From a virus (taxonomy: Duplodnaviria > Caudoviricetes), in IMG/VR virus record IMGVR_UViG_3300037483_000410, positions 1 to 38,423 of that record: DNA of 38,423 bases. The stretch is one strand, 5' to 3'. The number at the start of each line of letters is the position of its first letter. Position 1 is the stretch's first letter. The notes beneath the pieces were generated by a model. It had not been told where the DNA came from. It was given only the letters and a program-made list of their open reading frames with translations, and made no database searches. Positions 25,608-33,889 of the stretch are shown in pieces. Made by a program: the position numbers and the translations under genes.

Positions 25608-26474
25608 ATGGATGAGCAATTGATACTGCCGTTCGGATATCGGTTCGCCGAGGATCGGGCGACGCTGCTGATCGCGATCGGCGCCGCGAAACTGCGACGT
25701 CTAGATCGGGCCTTTGTGCTCATGGTCCACGACGTGACGCACGATGGCTGGCTGCACAAGTCCTATCAGGAGATCGGCGAGAAACTCAACGTCAGCTACT
25801 CGACGGCACGGCGGTGCGTAGCGAGATGTTTCGAGGCTGGGTTGATCGTGGTGCAGGAGGAGAGATACCGCTCCGGTGGTCAGCGTGACAACGCGTACTC
25901 GATCGACTGGGATGGTGTGCGGGCGGCGTGCTTTAACACGCCCCCGAGAGAGGGACCGGCTGCTCAAGGTGAGCAGGCCCCTGCTCAAACTGAGCACCCC
26001 CATGCTCACCCTGAGCAGGGGCCTGCTCAAACTGAGCACCCCTATAAGGAATGTATTCCACCTTCTGATCCACCTAAGAATCCCCCTCCTCCTAAGAGAA
26101 AGCCAGGAGGGGGAGGAGGTTCAGTCGATTGGGTGGGAATCAAGAGCCGGCTGGAATCGCTTGGCATGCTCGACTCCGTCGGTGCCATCGAGGCGGCCCG
26201 TGAGTCGCAGCTCGAGCCGCAGGACGTCTGCGTGCTCATCGACCAGTGGGAATCCTCCCAGCCGGCCTGGTCGCTCGGTGGTCTCTACTGGAGACTCTCG
26301 CGCGGGAACTGGCCGGCGAGGGCCAGCCCTACCATCGAGCAGGACGTCGCCGCGCAGGAGAAGGCTCGCACGCGGCGATTGTTGGCCCAGGTCGGCAAAC
26401 GACCGGCCATTGATCCCGAGGAGCCATCACTGGCCGAGCAGTTTCGGCACTCGAGGCAGGAGGTGACCACGTGA
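25608..26474 (+). CDS. Replication initiator (N-terminal wHTH, internal iterons; lambda O-like layout)
   Basis: SYQEIGEKLNVSYSTARRCV...GLI...NAYSIDW; iteron array in the linker. Confidence 0.75.
   Translation: MDEQLILPFGYRFAEDRATLLIAIGAAKLRRLDRAFVLMVHDVTHDGWLHKSYQEIGEKLNVSYSTARRCVARCFEAGLIVVQEERYRSGGQRDNAYSIDWDGVRAACFNTPPREGPAAQGEQAPAQTEHPHAHPEQGPAQTEHPYKECIPPSDPPKNPPPPKRKPGGGGGSVDWVGIKSRLESLGMLDSVGAIEAARESQLEPQDVCVLIDQWESSQPAWSLGGLYWRLSRGNWPARASPTIEQDVAAQEKARTRRLLAQVGKRPAIDPEEPSLAEQFRHSRQEVTT
25961..26038. repeat. Four palindromic iterons TGCTCA-N3-TGAGCA, 21-bp period (probable origin)
   Basis: Copies start at 25961, 25982, 26003 and 26024; AT-richer tract follows. Confidence 0.85.
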
Positions 26475-26845
26475 GAACGCGCAGGATGCAGGGCCGGCTG
26501 GGATCGACGCCCAAGGGCACGATGAATCGCACCGAGGCGAAGTACGCCGAGAGGCTGGCGCTGGCCAAGTGCGCCGGCCAGGTGGTGAGCTGGCACTACG
26601 AAGAGGTGAAGCTCTGCGTGGTGCCAGGCCTGGAGAAGAAGCGGGCCGCCGTCTTTTACACGCCGGACTTTATGGTTTTATTCTTGGACGGTCACGTCGA
26701 GATGATCGACGTGAAGGGTGCCGGCGGCTGGGAGGACACGGCCCGGGTGAAGATCAAGGCGGCTGCCGATCGATTCCCTGAATTCGCGTGGGTGGGGATG
26801 ACGTTCAGCAAGGCCGGAGAGTGGGAGCGTGAGGAGTTCAACTGA
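26471..26845 (+). CDS. DUF1064-like PD-(D/E)XK nuclease
   Basis: MNRTEAKY, YTPDF, MIDVKG. Confidence 0.8.
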   Translation: MRTRRMQGRLGSTPKGTMNRTEAKYAERLALAKCAGQVVSWHYEEVKLCVVPGLEKKRAAVFYTPDFMVLFLDGHVEMIDVKGAGGWEDTARVKIKAAADRFPEFAWVGMTFSKAGEWEREEFN

Positions 26846-27042
26846 TGCGCACCCAGACGATCATCGATACGTGCCTGCAGGTCGAGCGACTCGACGACCC
26901 GGCGATGACGCGGGCCGCGTTGACGTCGGCCCGTAAGGCCCTTCAGTCACTAGTGGGCCAGCTCGAACGGTTGGAGGATGAGAACGTAGACCTGCTCATC
27001 GAGATCACGCACCTGCGAAATCAATTAGCGGTCCAAGATTGA
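26845..27042 (+). CDS. Coiled-coil hypothetical protein
   Basis: TGATG coupling; GAGGAG upstream. Confidence 0.55.
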   Translation: MRTQTIIDTCLQVERLDDPAMTRAALTSARKALQSLVGQLERLEDENVDLLIEITHLRNQLAVQD

Positions 27043-27060
27043 GGAATTACGGAGGTCGGG

Positions 27061-27726
27061 ATGAAAGTCTCATCCGGTGCACTACTGCTGGTGGCATTTG
27101 CCGCCGGCTCAGCGTTCGCGCACGATACCGGGCGCATCTGCAGCAATCCCTACTGCGTGATGTGCATGGGGCTGCATCTGCGTAGCGGGCATGGGATCGA
27201 CACGTCGAGCGTGTCTGACTGGTACGGTCTCCACAACCGCTTGCACGCGGAGTTACAGGCGGAAGCCAACCTGATGATTCCCTCTACCCCGCAGTTCGTG
27301 GTGGAGGCAATTTTGAAGGTGCTGAAGCCACGCACAGACGAGGTGCTGTTCGATATCGGCTGCGGTGACGGGCGGGTGGTGATCACGGCGGCAAAGGTTT
27401 ACGGCTGTCGTGCGGTGGGGATCGAGATTGATCCCGAGGTCGCTAAGATCGCGAAGCGACGCGTCAAGGAAGCGGGCGTTGAAAAGCTCGTGAAAATTGT
27501 CGTCGGTGACGCGACAAAGATGTCCCTGAAAAACGCTGATATCGTCTACATGTACCTGTTCCCCGACGTGATGCGGGCGATGGCGGGAGAATTGAAAACC
27601 GTCAAACGCATCGCTTCCTACAGTCACAAGATCCCGACTCTGCCGGATCGGAAATGGATTCTCCGGCGAGGCGGGCGCGAGTATCCGTTCTACGTGTGGG
27701 AGAAGGTAAGCAATAAGTTGTTTTGA
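27061..27726 (+). CDS. Signal peptide + Cys/His motif + class I SAM methyltransferase (copy A)
   Basis: Hydrophobic leader ending SAFA; STP, LFDIGCGDGR, GIEID, YMYL. Confidence 0.85.
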   Translation: MKVSSGALLLVAFAAGSAFAHDTGRICSNPYCVMCMGLHLRSGHGIDTSSVSDWYGLHNRLHAELQAEANLMIPSTPQFVVEAILKVLKPRTDEVLFDIGCGDGRVVITAAKVYGCRAVGIEIDPEVAKIAKRRVKEAGVEKLVKIVVGDATKMSLKNADIVYMYLFPDVMRAMAGELKTVKRIASYSHKIPTLPDRKWILRRGGREYPFYVWEKVSNKLF

Positions 27727-27760
27727 GGGAGTAGTGTGTTCAAACGAAAGGAAGTGAGAG

Positions 27761-28051
27761 ATGAGGATTCAGCTTGATCCACAGAGGGATTTCGTCGGCG
27801 TGACCATCGAGGATGACAACGACGCACAGGCGTTCTGCGATCTCGCCCTGGAGGTCGTCATGGGTGGCCAAGAGCCAGGAAAAATGATGGAGGAGATCTA
27901 TCAAGGTTACGCTGACCAGATGAAGCGGGACAATCACGCGAACTGGGACCGGCAACTGTGGGACGTGGTTGTGCGCCGAATTCAAACGCCGGTCGGTGAG
28001 ATCGCGGTCACGTTCGGTACGGATCTGATGAAGAGGTTGCAGCTGATCTGA
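27761..28051 (+). CDS. Hypothetical protein
   Basis: AAGGA RBS; 96 aa. Confidence 0.55.
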   Translation: MRIQLDPQRDFVGVTIEDDNDAQAFCDLALEVVMGGQEPGKMMEEIYQGYADQMKRDNHANWDRQLWDVVVRRIQTPVGEIAVTFGTDLMKRLQLI

Positions 28052-28148
28052 CGCACATTTTGATGGCCACCCAGGGACGGTCTGGTGGTCGTGACTTTGG
28101 CCGTGCAGATCAATGGAGGGATCTGGCGGCAAGGAAGGTGGCAACACC

Positions 28149-28541
28149 ATGGGCATGACGGAGCTGCAACTGACGGACACTGGCAGGGAAGTGCGTGGTC
28201 GGGCTGTGTTCCGGCTGGACCGTCATTTCACGTACAGCTTCGTCGATAGTTGGTGCGACATGGGCCGGATCACAATCGTCGTGCGTGTCCCCAAGGGATA
28301 CGAGACGGATTTCGCGTCGATTCCGCGTCCTGCCTGGTGGCTGCTTCCTCCGACCGGAGCGTGGCGCAGAGCTGCCGTGTTCCACGATTATCTCTGCGAC
28401 ATCGGCACACCGCGTTTCCTGACCGATGCGATTTTCCGCCACATCATGGAGGAGACGGGTGTCAAGGTCTGGCAGAGAGTTGTGATTTACTACACCGTGC
28501 GATCCTACTGGCTGTGTTGGGGACGATGGTTCAGTAACTAA
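28149..28541 (+). CDS. DUF1353 family protein
   Basis: VPKGYETDFASIPR, AAVFHDYL, DAIFR. Confidence 0.85.
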   Translation: MGMTELQLTDTGREVRGRAVFRLDRHFTYSFVDSWCDMGRITIVVRVPKGYETDFASIPRPAWWLLPPTGAWRRAAVFHDYLCDIGTPRFLTDAIFRHIMEETGVKVWQRVVIYYTVRSYWLCWGRWFSN

Positions 28542-28564
28542 TTTCATTCACAGGAGATACCCAG

Positions 28565-28924
28565 ATGGGACGAAGACTGCGCGAGTTGGTTGCGAATTCC
28601 AATCAGGCGGCGCTGCGTGCGCAGCAGGAACTGGCGGTGGCCCATCAGGTGATGGCGAAGGCGGATGCCACGCTCGACGACACCCGCAAGACCCTGGCGG
28701 CGATGAACCTGCACGTGGCGGAGATTAAGGCTGCGGTGCTTACCACGCTGGCCACGTGGAACGAGCTGGGGGCCGAGATTCTCGACGGCGGAAAGGGCGA
28801 GATCCACGCTGCAGCTGGCGCCCTGGCGGAGGTCAAAAAGTTTCTGGCCGGCGAGGAAGCGACATTTCCATTCTACGGCAAGTGGATTCTGCTCGAGGGC
28901 GACGAGCCGCCGGCTGCGGCGTAG
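28565..28924 (+). CDS. Coiled-coil hypothetical protein
   Basis: AGGAG RBS. Confidence 0.6.
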   Translation: MGRRLRELVANSNQAALRAQQELAVAHQVMAKADATLDDTRKTLAAMNLHVAEIKAAVLTTLATWNELGAEILDGGKGEIHAAAGALAEVKKFLAGEEATFPFYGKWILLEGDEPPAAA

Positions 28925-28942
28925 GAAAGGAGAGCTGCACGG

Positions 28943-29149
28943 ATGCCAAGCGGCACGCACCTGACCATCGAGGACCGCGACCGAATCCTCAAGCTCGCGG
29001 GTCTGCGAGACAGCGACGGGGGATTCAAGTTGGCCTACTCCCAAATCGCCCAACTGTGCGGGATTCACGCGGAAACAGTGTCCGCCGTGATTCGAATGGC
29101 GGCGGTCAAGTGGGGCCAGGAACATGCCTATCACGAAAGCTCAGGTTGA
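28943..29149 (+). CDS. Small HTH protein
   Basis: HLTIEDRDRI...YSQIAQLCGIHAETVSAVIR; AAGGAG RBS. Confidence 0.7.
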   Translation: MPSGTHLTIEDRDRILKLAGLRDSDGGFKLAYSQIAQLCGIHAETVSAVIRMAAVKWGQEHAYHESSG

Positions 29150-29195
29150 CAAACTGGGTCAGGGACGCTTACGACATGGACCGGAGGATCGATCC

Positions 29196-29936
29196 ATGGT
29201 CGCACGCATTTGTCTCGCAGTCGTTTTCTGGGCCGTTCTGGCCCTGCCGTCGCTGGCACAGATCAAAGACGTCCAAAGTTCTTATGCTCCGGGTGAAGCC
29301 ATTGTGCTGGAACTGGACATGACACTCGTGCCGAAGGATGCCGTGATCCAACCAGGATTCAAGTTCAAGGTTGACACAACTGCGGCTCGCTATGAGATCA
29401 AGGAGCCAATTCCCAGTACGTATTACATGTGGGGAGCTAGTGGAACCTACAACATCATGGCTGTTGGCATGTGGGGCGTGCCGGTGCCAAACGAACCGGG
29501 CAAGTGGCAGTCGTTTGGTATGATCTGGCAGGATCTTAAATTCGAGGTGACCGGTGGGACGCCACCGATTCCCCCCATACCTCCTCCTCCCGTAAACCCT
29601 TACACGCCGGCCCCGCAGTTTCAGGCGGCGGCGCAGCCGGTCAGAGTGTTAAGCCTGGGGCAAGCAGACAGCCAATCATTGGCCAGCATGTACGCGACAG
29701 TGTCAGCACAAGCACGAGCGGGATTGTACAAAAGCCTGAGCGAGATTCGGGCGGATCTGGTCAAACGCGGCCAGTTGCTCAATCTCAAGGGCAAGTATCC
29801 AGGACTGTCTCAAGCAGTGGAACAGTTTCTCGTCGCATCTTTAGGCTTGGAGGAAGGTGTGCCAACGGCCAGTGCCGGTGACGTGCTTGAGACATTGGCG
29901 TGGGCCGTCTTCGAGACGGGGAGGGTAGGCCGATGA
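29196..29936 (+). CDS. Exported protein with Pro-rich linker
   Basis: GGAGG RBS; signal peptide ending SLA; TPPIPPIPPPPVNP. Confidence 0.7.
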   Translation: MVARICLAVVFWAVLALPSLAQIKDVQSSYAPGEAIVLELDMTLVPKDAVIQPGFKFKVDTTAARYEIKEPIPSTYYMWGASGTYNIMAVGMWGVPVPNEPGKWQSFGMIWQDLKFEVTGGTPPIPPIPPPPVNPYTPAPQFQAAAQPVRVLSLGQADSQSLASMYATVSAQARAGLYKSLSEIRADLVKRGQLLNLKGKYPGLSQAVEQFLVASLGLEEGVPTASAGDVLETLAWAVFETGRVGR

Positions 29937-30979
29937 CGTTGCACGATCAAATACCGTCCGTTGGTGACTTCTCCGTTTATCGCAATGATCCACTGAGGTG
30001 GTATGAAAACCACAGTGGTGTTCTGGCGGACAACGATGATTGTCCAACGTGGGCGCGACGTGTCGCAAAGTATGATCGCGACAAGTTAATCGCTCGCGTC
30101 GGAATCAATCGTTATCGCGTCGAGTCGATGTTTCCCGCGTCGCTGGTCGGTACTGGAGAGGGAAAGAAGTCGATCAATCATCTCTATGTGTTGGACTACA
30201 TTCCGACCGCTTACGACGGAAGTCAGGACTACAACAACTGCCGCAGTTGGAGCATGAAGTTTTCCACGATGACTTGCCTTGGCATGGACATCGCGGCGGG
30301 AGATTTGCATCGCACCGAGTTTCGGCATGGCACGGCGTTGGTATATGGTTCGCGGGGATCTAGAAGCGACAGTGGAATGACGATGAGTGGCGGTTGTGAA
30401 GTTGTCGCCACTATTGGTCAAAGCGAGCAGAAGGATTATGGCTTCGTCGATCTATCAACGGAGAAGGCCGACGAATCCAACGGTGTTTCATGGGGCGGTA
30501 GTGGCCCACCTTCACAACTTGTGGAGGCTGTTAGAGGTGACAAGATCGAGCGTGCTTACTGGATCGAGCAGCCCACGCCGCAGCTCGTGAAAGATCTATT
30601 TTATAACCAGTGCACGATCGACACGGGTTCCCAGGTCACTGGATCAGGGACGGGGAATCCACTGGTTGGACTCCGGTCTATCAGCGGGCACGCACAAGCG
30701 GCGACCGGCTACGACGATACGGACGAGTGTCGTGCAAGGCTCAATCTCCCGGCGAGTGAATCGGTCGTCTTCATGCAGCAGTCGTGGGGCTCGTCTTGGA
30801 TCACGGTCAACAACTGGCCGGATGACTTATGGGGCAAGCGGCCGGAAGGATGTTGGCCGATCACGATGACAAACTTTCTGAAACTCTCCCGCAACTGGAA
30901 TGATTCGTGGGCCATCGTGGGCCTTGATGGTTTTGCAGCACGTAAATTACCTGATTTTGGTTCCAACTTATACCTGTGA
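29933..30979 (+). CDS. Papain-like (C1) cysteine peptidase
   Basis: QDYNNC, GHAQAATGYDD, QQSWGSSW. Confidence 0.75.
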   Translation: MTLHDQIPSVGDFSVYRNDPLRWYENHSGVLADNDDCPTWARRVAKYDRDKLIARVGINRYRVESMFPASLVGTGEGKKSINHLYVLDYIPTAYDGSQDYNNCRSWSMKFSTMTCLGMDIAAGDLHRTEFRHGTALVYGSRGSRSDSGMTMSGGCEVVATIGQSEQKDYGFVDLSTEKADESNGVSWGGSGPPSQLVEAVRGDKIERAYWIEQPTPQLVKDLFYNQCTIDTGSQVTGSGTGNPLVGLRSISGHAQAATGYDDTDECRARLNLPASESVVFMQQSWGSSWITVNNWPDDLWGKRPEGCWPITMTNFLKLSRNWNDSWAIVGLDGFAARKLPDFGSNLYL

Positions 30980-30987
30980 GGTGAGAA

Positions 30988-31323
30988 ATGTTTTCGCTGT
31001 TGATGATTGCGATGATGTGCCTGTGCGTGGGAATGACCGTGGCTGCCGCTGGCGATGAACCAGTCGCTGGCGATGAACCAGTAGTAGGTGGTCCTTTCTC
31101 CCGGCTGAAGCAAGCCATGAAGATCCTCAGTGTGGCTCGCCAACTGCACCAGCAGAGCGTGCTCACCAAGGGGATGTCAAAGGATGAAATCCGAGACGCC
31201 ATCGTGGCGGGATGTGTAGCTGATGATCCAGGAACATATGGAGCTGTTGGTTTTGACTGGCAGGCTTTCATCGACCTGATTGTCATGCTCTTGCCGTTTA
31301 TCGTGGCGATATTCGGCCTCTAA
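30988..31323 (+). CDS. Membrane protein (signal peptide + C-terminal TM)
   Basis: Hydrophobic termini; near-perfect 18-bp tandem repeat encoding AGDEPV twice. Confidence 0.65.
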   Translation: MFSLLMIAMMCLCVGMTVAAAGDEPVAGDEPVVGGPFSRLKQAMKILSVARQLHQQSVLTKGMSKDEIRDAIVAGCVADDPGTYGAVGFDWQAFIDLIVMLLPFIVAIFGL

Positions 31324-31341
31324 TCGCAAGGCCGAAGGAGT

Positions 31342-31387
31342 CCAGTCCCGTCGATCTGTTTCCTGGAAGGCGGGGCTGGTCCTTTTT
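31342..31387 (+). terminator. Rho-independent terminator
   Basis: CCAGTCCCGTC...GGCGGGGCTGG followed by TCCTTTTT. Confidence 0.65.
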
Positions 31388-31409
31388 ACATTTACGATCG
31401 GAGTCTGAC

Positions 31410-31643
31410 ATGAAAAGTTTAGTTCTCGCTATCATGCTCGTGTGCCTGTTCCCCCTCGTCGCCTCGGCCCAGTGCGCCAACGGAGTGTGTCGTGCACGCC
31501 CGGCCGTGCGCGTGCTGGTGCGGACGCCGTCCACCAAGGTCAACGTCGTGGTGCCCGAGGGTCGCGTGTCTTACGGATTCATGCACGCTGGAGAACGCAT
31601 GAGAATCTGGCGGCCGTTCTCGCGAATGCGTGTGCGGCGATGA
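31410..31643 (+). CDS. Small exported basic peptide (CANGVC motif)
   Basis: Signal peptide ending ASA, then QCANGVC and an Arg/Val-rich tail. Confidence 0.65.
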   Translation: MKSLVLAIMLVCLFPLVASAQCANGVCRARPAVRVLVRTPSTKVNVVVPEGRVSYGFMHAGERMRIWRPFSRMRVRR

Positions 31644-31849
31644 AGTTATCCGAGGTCGAAGTTATGGTCCGCGATTTCCGCTTGGCGGTGGGTAAGGACT
31701 GCATGGGCTGGTTCTGTAACCGGTACGGATGGGGCAAAGATGAATGGAATGCGACGAGCCCCATTCAGTTGATTTCGGTAATCGCGTTAAAAATCGACGA
31801 GCTTCGCCAAGAGGCGATGGCGGCGAGGGAGAAAGGTGTGGGCGAGTAA
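31640..31849 (+). CDS. Hypothetical protein
   Basis: ATGA coupling. Confidence 0.5.
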   Translation: MKLSEVEVMVRDFRLAVGKDCMGWFCNRYGWGKDEWNATSPIQLISVIALKIDELRQEAMAAREKGVGE

Positions 31850-32238
31850 TGTGCTGGTGCCTGCCACTGCTGATTGCAATGCTGCCCTGCGGTGACGCAC
31901 GGTGGAATCAGGTGGAGACAGTGCACGTGCAGGTCTTGGAAATCAACACGTTCTACCACGAGGGCAACCAAGGATTCCCAGGTCAGGAGGATACATACTA
32001 TGCGATCGCGTGGGAGATGTTCGACGGCGGAACGTGGCATGTCGTGGATGCCTGCGAGCTGAAGCATCTACCGGTGGTTGGTGGGAGTCATGCGGTGTGG
32101 CTTCGACGCAGGTATGAGCGGCAACTTTTGCGTGTGCGGTATTGGGTCATCATCCACAGCCGCACGCCAACTATCAACGTGTGGGCCGATCGTGAGTGGG
32201 TTCCCGAGGGTAATCGTTATCACGTGCACAAGTTCTAA
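31849..32238 (+). CDS. Hypothetical protein with hydrophobic N-terminus
   Basis: TAATG coupling. Confidence 0.55.
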   Translation: MCWCLPLLIAMLPCGDARWNQVETVHVQVLEINTFYHEGNQGFPGQEDTYYAIAWEMFDGGTWHVVDACELKHLPVVGGSHAVWLRRRYERQLLRVRYWVIIHSRTPTINVWADREWVPEGNRYHVHKF

Positions 32239-32343
32239 TCACGAGTGAGAGACAGGAGGTACATGACAATGACGTGAATGCCGTAGCCCAACGTGGTTTC
32301 CTGATTGCGTGCTTATTACTGACACCTTTCAGGAGATCGAATA

Positions 32344-32658
32344 ATGAAACCGGAAGTACATAAACTAAGAGTTAACGTGAAATCCTTGGCGGCAGAAGCA
32401 AAGATCATCCGTGACGAAATCAGGCGAGCCAACACACCGGATGCCCGCATGGCTTTGCATGATCATCGGATGATGCGAGTTCGGCCGGAAGCACGAATGG
32501 CACATTTGGCGTTGGCGTTTGCGAGAGGTCGTTCGTACAAGTCGGTTGAGTCGAATGCCAAGACAGAGCCATCGGCTTCGGAGTTGGTAAAGAAGATCAC
32601 AAGGTTTGTGTGGATTCCCCAAGTGGAACAGAAGGTACAAGAGTGGTTGCGTCAGTAG
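32344..32658 (+). CDS. Conserved phage hypothetical protein (KSLAAEA / LAFARGR motif)
   Basis: AGGAG RBS; LRVNVKSLAAEAKIIR...HR...VRPEARMAHLALAFARGRSY. Confidence 0.7.
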   Translation: MKPEVHKLRVNVKSLAAEAKIIRDEIRRANTPDARMALHDHRMMRVRPEARMAHLALAFARGRSYKSVESNAKTEPSASELVKKITRFVWIPQVEQKVQEWLRQ

Positions 32659-32664
32659 CCACGA

Positions 32665-32735
32665 GACCGATAGCCGCGAGGAGTGGCATCGGGCTTTCAA
32701 TCCCGAAACGGCGGGTTCGACTCCCGCATCGGTCG
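32665..32735 (+). tRNA. Non-canonical tRNA-like gene (Glu-UUC-like, 8-nt anticodon loop)
   Basis: GACCGAT/ATCGGTC acceptor; GCGGG-TTCGACT-CCCGC T-arm; TCGGG-CTTTCAAT-CCCGA; short D-loop. Confidence 0.7.
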
Positions 32736-32761
32736 TTAAATCCGTTTTTGGTGAAATGATT

Positions 32762-33544
32762 ATGCGACTACTGCTGCCACTCCTGCTCCTGCTTGCCCTT
32801 TGCGGTGACTCCGTGGGCCAGTATTACAGCAGCAGCAATCAGGCCATGCGATCGTCGCGACAAGCCACCGTCACGCTCACGCGGAACCCTGGTCCCTCGT
32901 GGCCCGGTCCGCACGGCTCGTGCCTCATGTGCCTGGGTAATCACCTGATCTCGCACGGCTACAGTTACGACTATCTGAGCCAGATTGGCTGGCAGCAGTG
33001 GCAGACGTTGCATGACAACACCCACAATCCATTGCCGAAGGCCAAACCCAAGCCCAAGCCGCAACCGATCTACGCTCCCACGCCCGACTCCGTGATCGAC
33101 ACTATGCTGCGATCCGTGGACCTATCCCCATCCGGCATTTTCCTCGACCTCGGATCTGGTGACGGTCGCGTGGTTCTCGCAGCCGCTAAACGATTTGGTT
33201 GCAAGTGCGTGGGTGTGGAGAGTGATCCGGCCAGGATCGTCCAGTCACGAAAACTCGCTCAACAGGCGGGAGCTGCGATTGCTGGCCGGGTCACATTCTA
33301 TCAGGCCGACGTGTGCAACGTGGACCTGAGCAAAGTGGACGTTGTGTACTGCTACTTGGAAGCGGAGACGCTTGAGAAATTGCTGCCAAGGTTTCGGGCC
33401 ATGAAGCCGTCGGCGGTGTTGATTTCCTACCAGCACCAGATCCCGAGGTTGGTGCTTCAACGCTATGACGATGAATTCAAATTGTTCTTTTGGAAGAATG
33501 TTGCTCGAAGTATGTTTTCACTCGGATCTAGTCTTTACCTCTAA
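32762..33544 (+). CDS. Signal peptide + Cys/His motif + class I SAM methyltransferase (copy B)
   Basis: MRLLLPLLLLLALCG leader; YAPTP, FLDLGSGDGR, GVESD, YCYL. Confidence 0.85.
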   Translation: MRLLLPLLLLLALCGDSVGQYYSSSNQAMRSSRQATVTLTRNPGPSWPGPHGSCLMCLGNHLISHGYSYDYLSQIGWQQWQTLHDNTHNPLPKAKPKPKPQPIYAPTPDSVIDTMLRSVDLSPSGIFLDLGSGDGRVVLAAAKRFGCKCVGVESDPARIVQSRKLAQQAGAAIAGRVTFYQADVCNVDLSKVDVVYCYLEAETLEKLLPRFRAMKPSAVLISYQHQIPRLVLQRYDDEFKLFFWKNVARSMFSLGSSLYL

Positions 33545-33556
33545 GGGGAAGTAATC

Positions 33557-33883
33557 ATGAATCAAATCGTATCAGCAAATGAAATGGTGTCCGCGATGAA
33601 CATCGCGGTCGCGATCAAGGCGTACCCGGTCGGCGCGACGAAGATGCAGGTGTGGACAATCAGCCTCAACGAGATTCTCCGCAAGGTGCTCGAACAGGCG
33701 TTGGATCTGGGCCGCGAGTACCGCGATCAGATCGAGGCGGCGGCGCGTGGTGGTATTGACCTGCTGGCCGCGATGGACCTGCCGTTCATTCCCGATTCGA
33801 TCGAGGGCGTGATCGACGAGGCCACCAAGACGCTGGGTTACGCGGCCGTCAAGTCGATCCTGGACGCGGTATTGGCGGGGTGA
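33557..33883 (+). CDS. Hypothetical protein
   Basis: AAGGGG RBS; DLPFIPDSIE motif. Confidence 0.6.
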   Translation: MNQIVSANEMVSAMNIAVAIKAYPVGATKMQVWTISLNEILRKVLEQALDLGREYRDQIEAAARGGIDLLAAMDLPFIPDSIEGVIDEATKTLGYAAVKSILDAVLAG

Positions 33884-33889
33884 TCGAGG

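Noticed and set aside
25961-26038. Regularly spaced palindromic repeats as a mini-CRISPR
   Set aside because: Spacers are only 6 bp, the array is inside a CDS and no cas genes are present; iterons fit better
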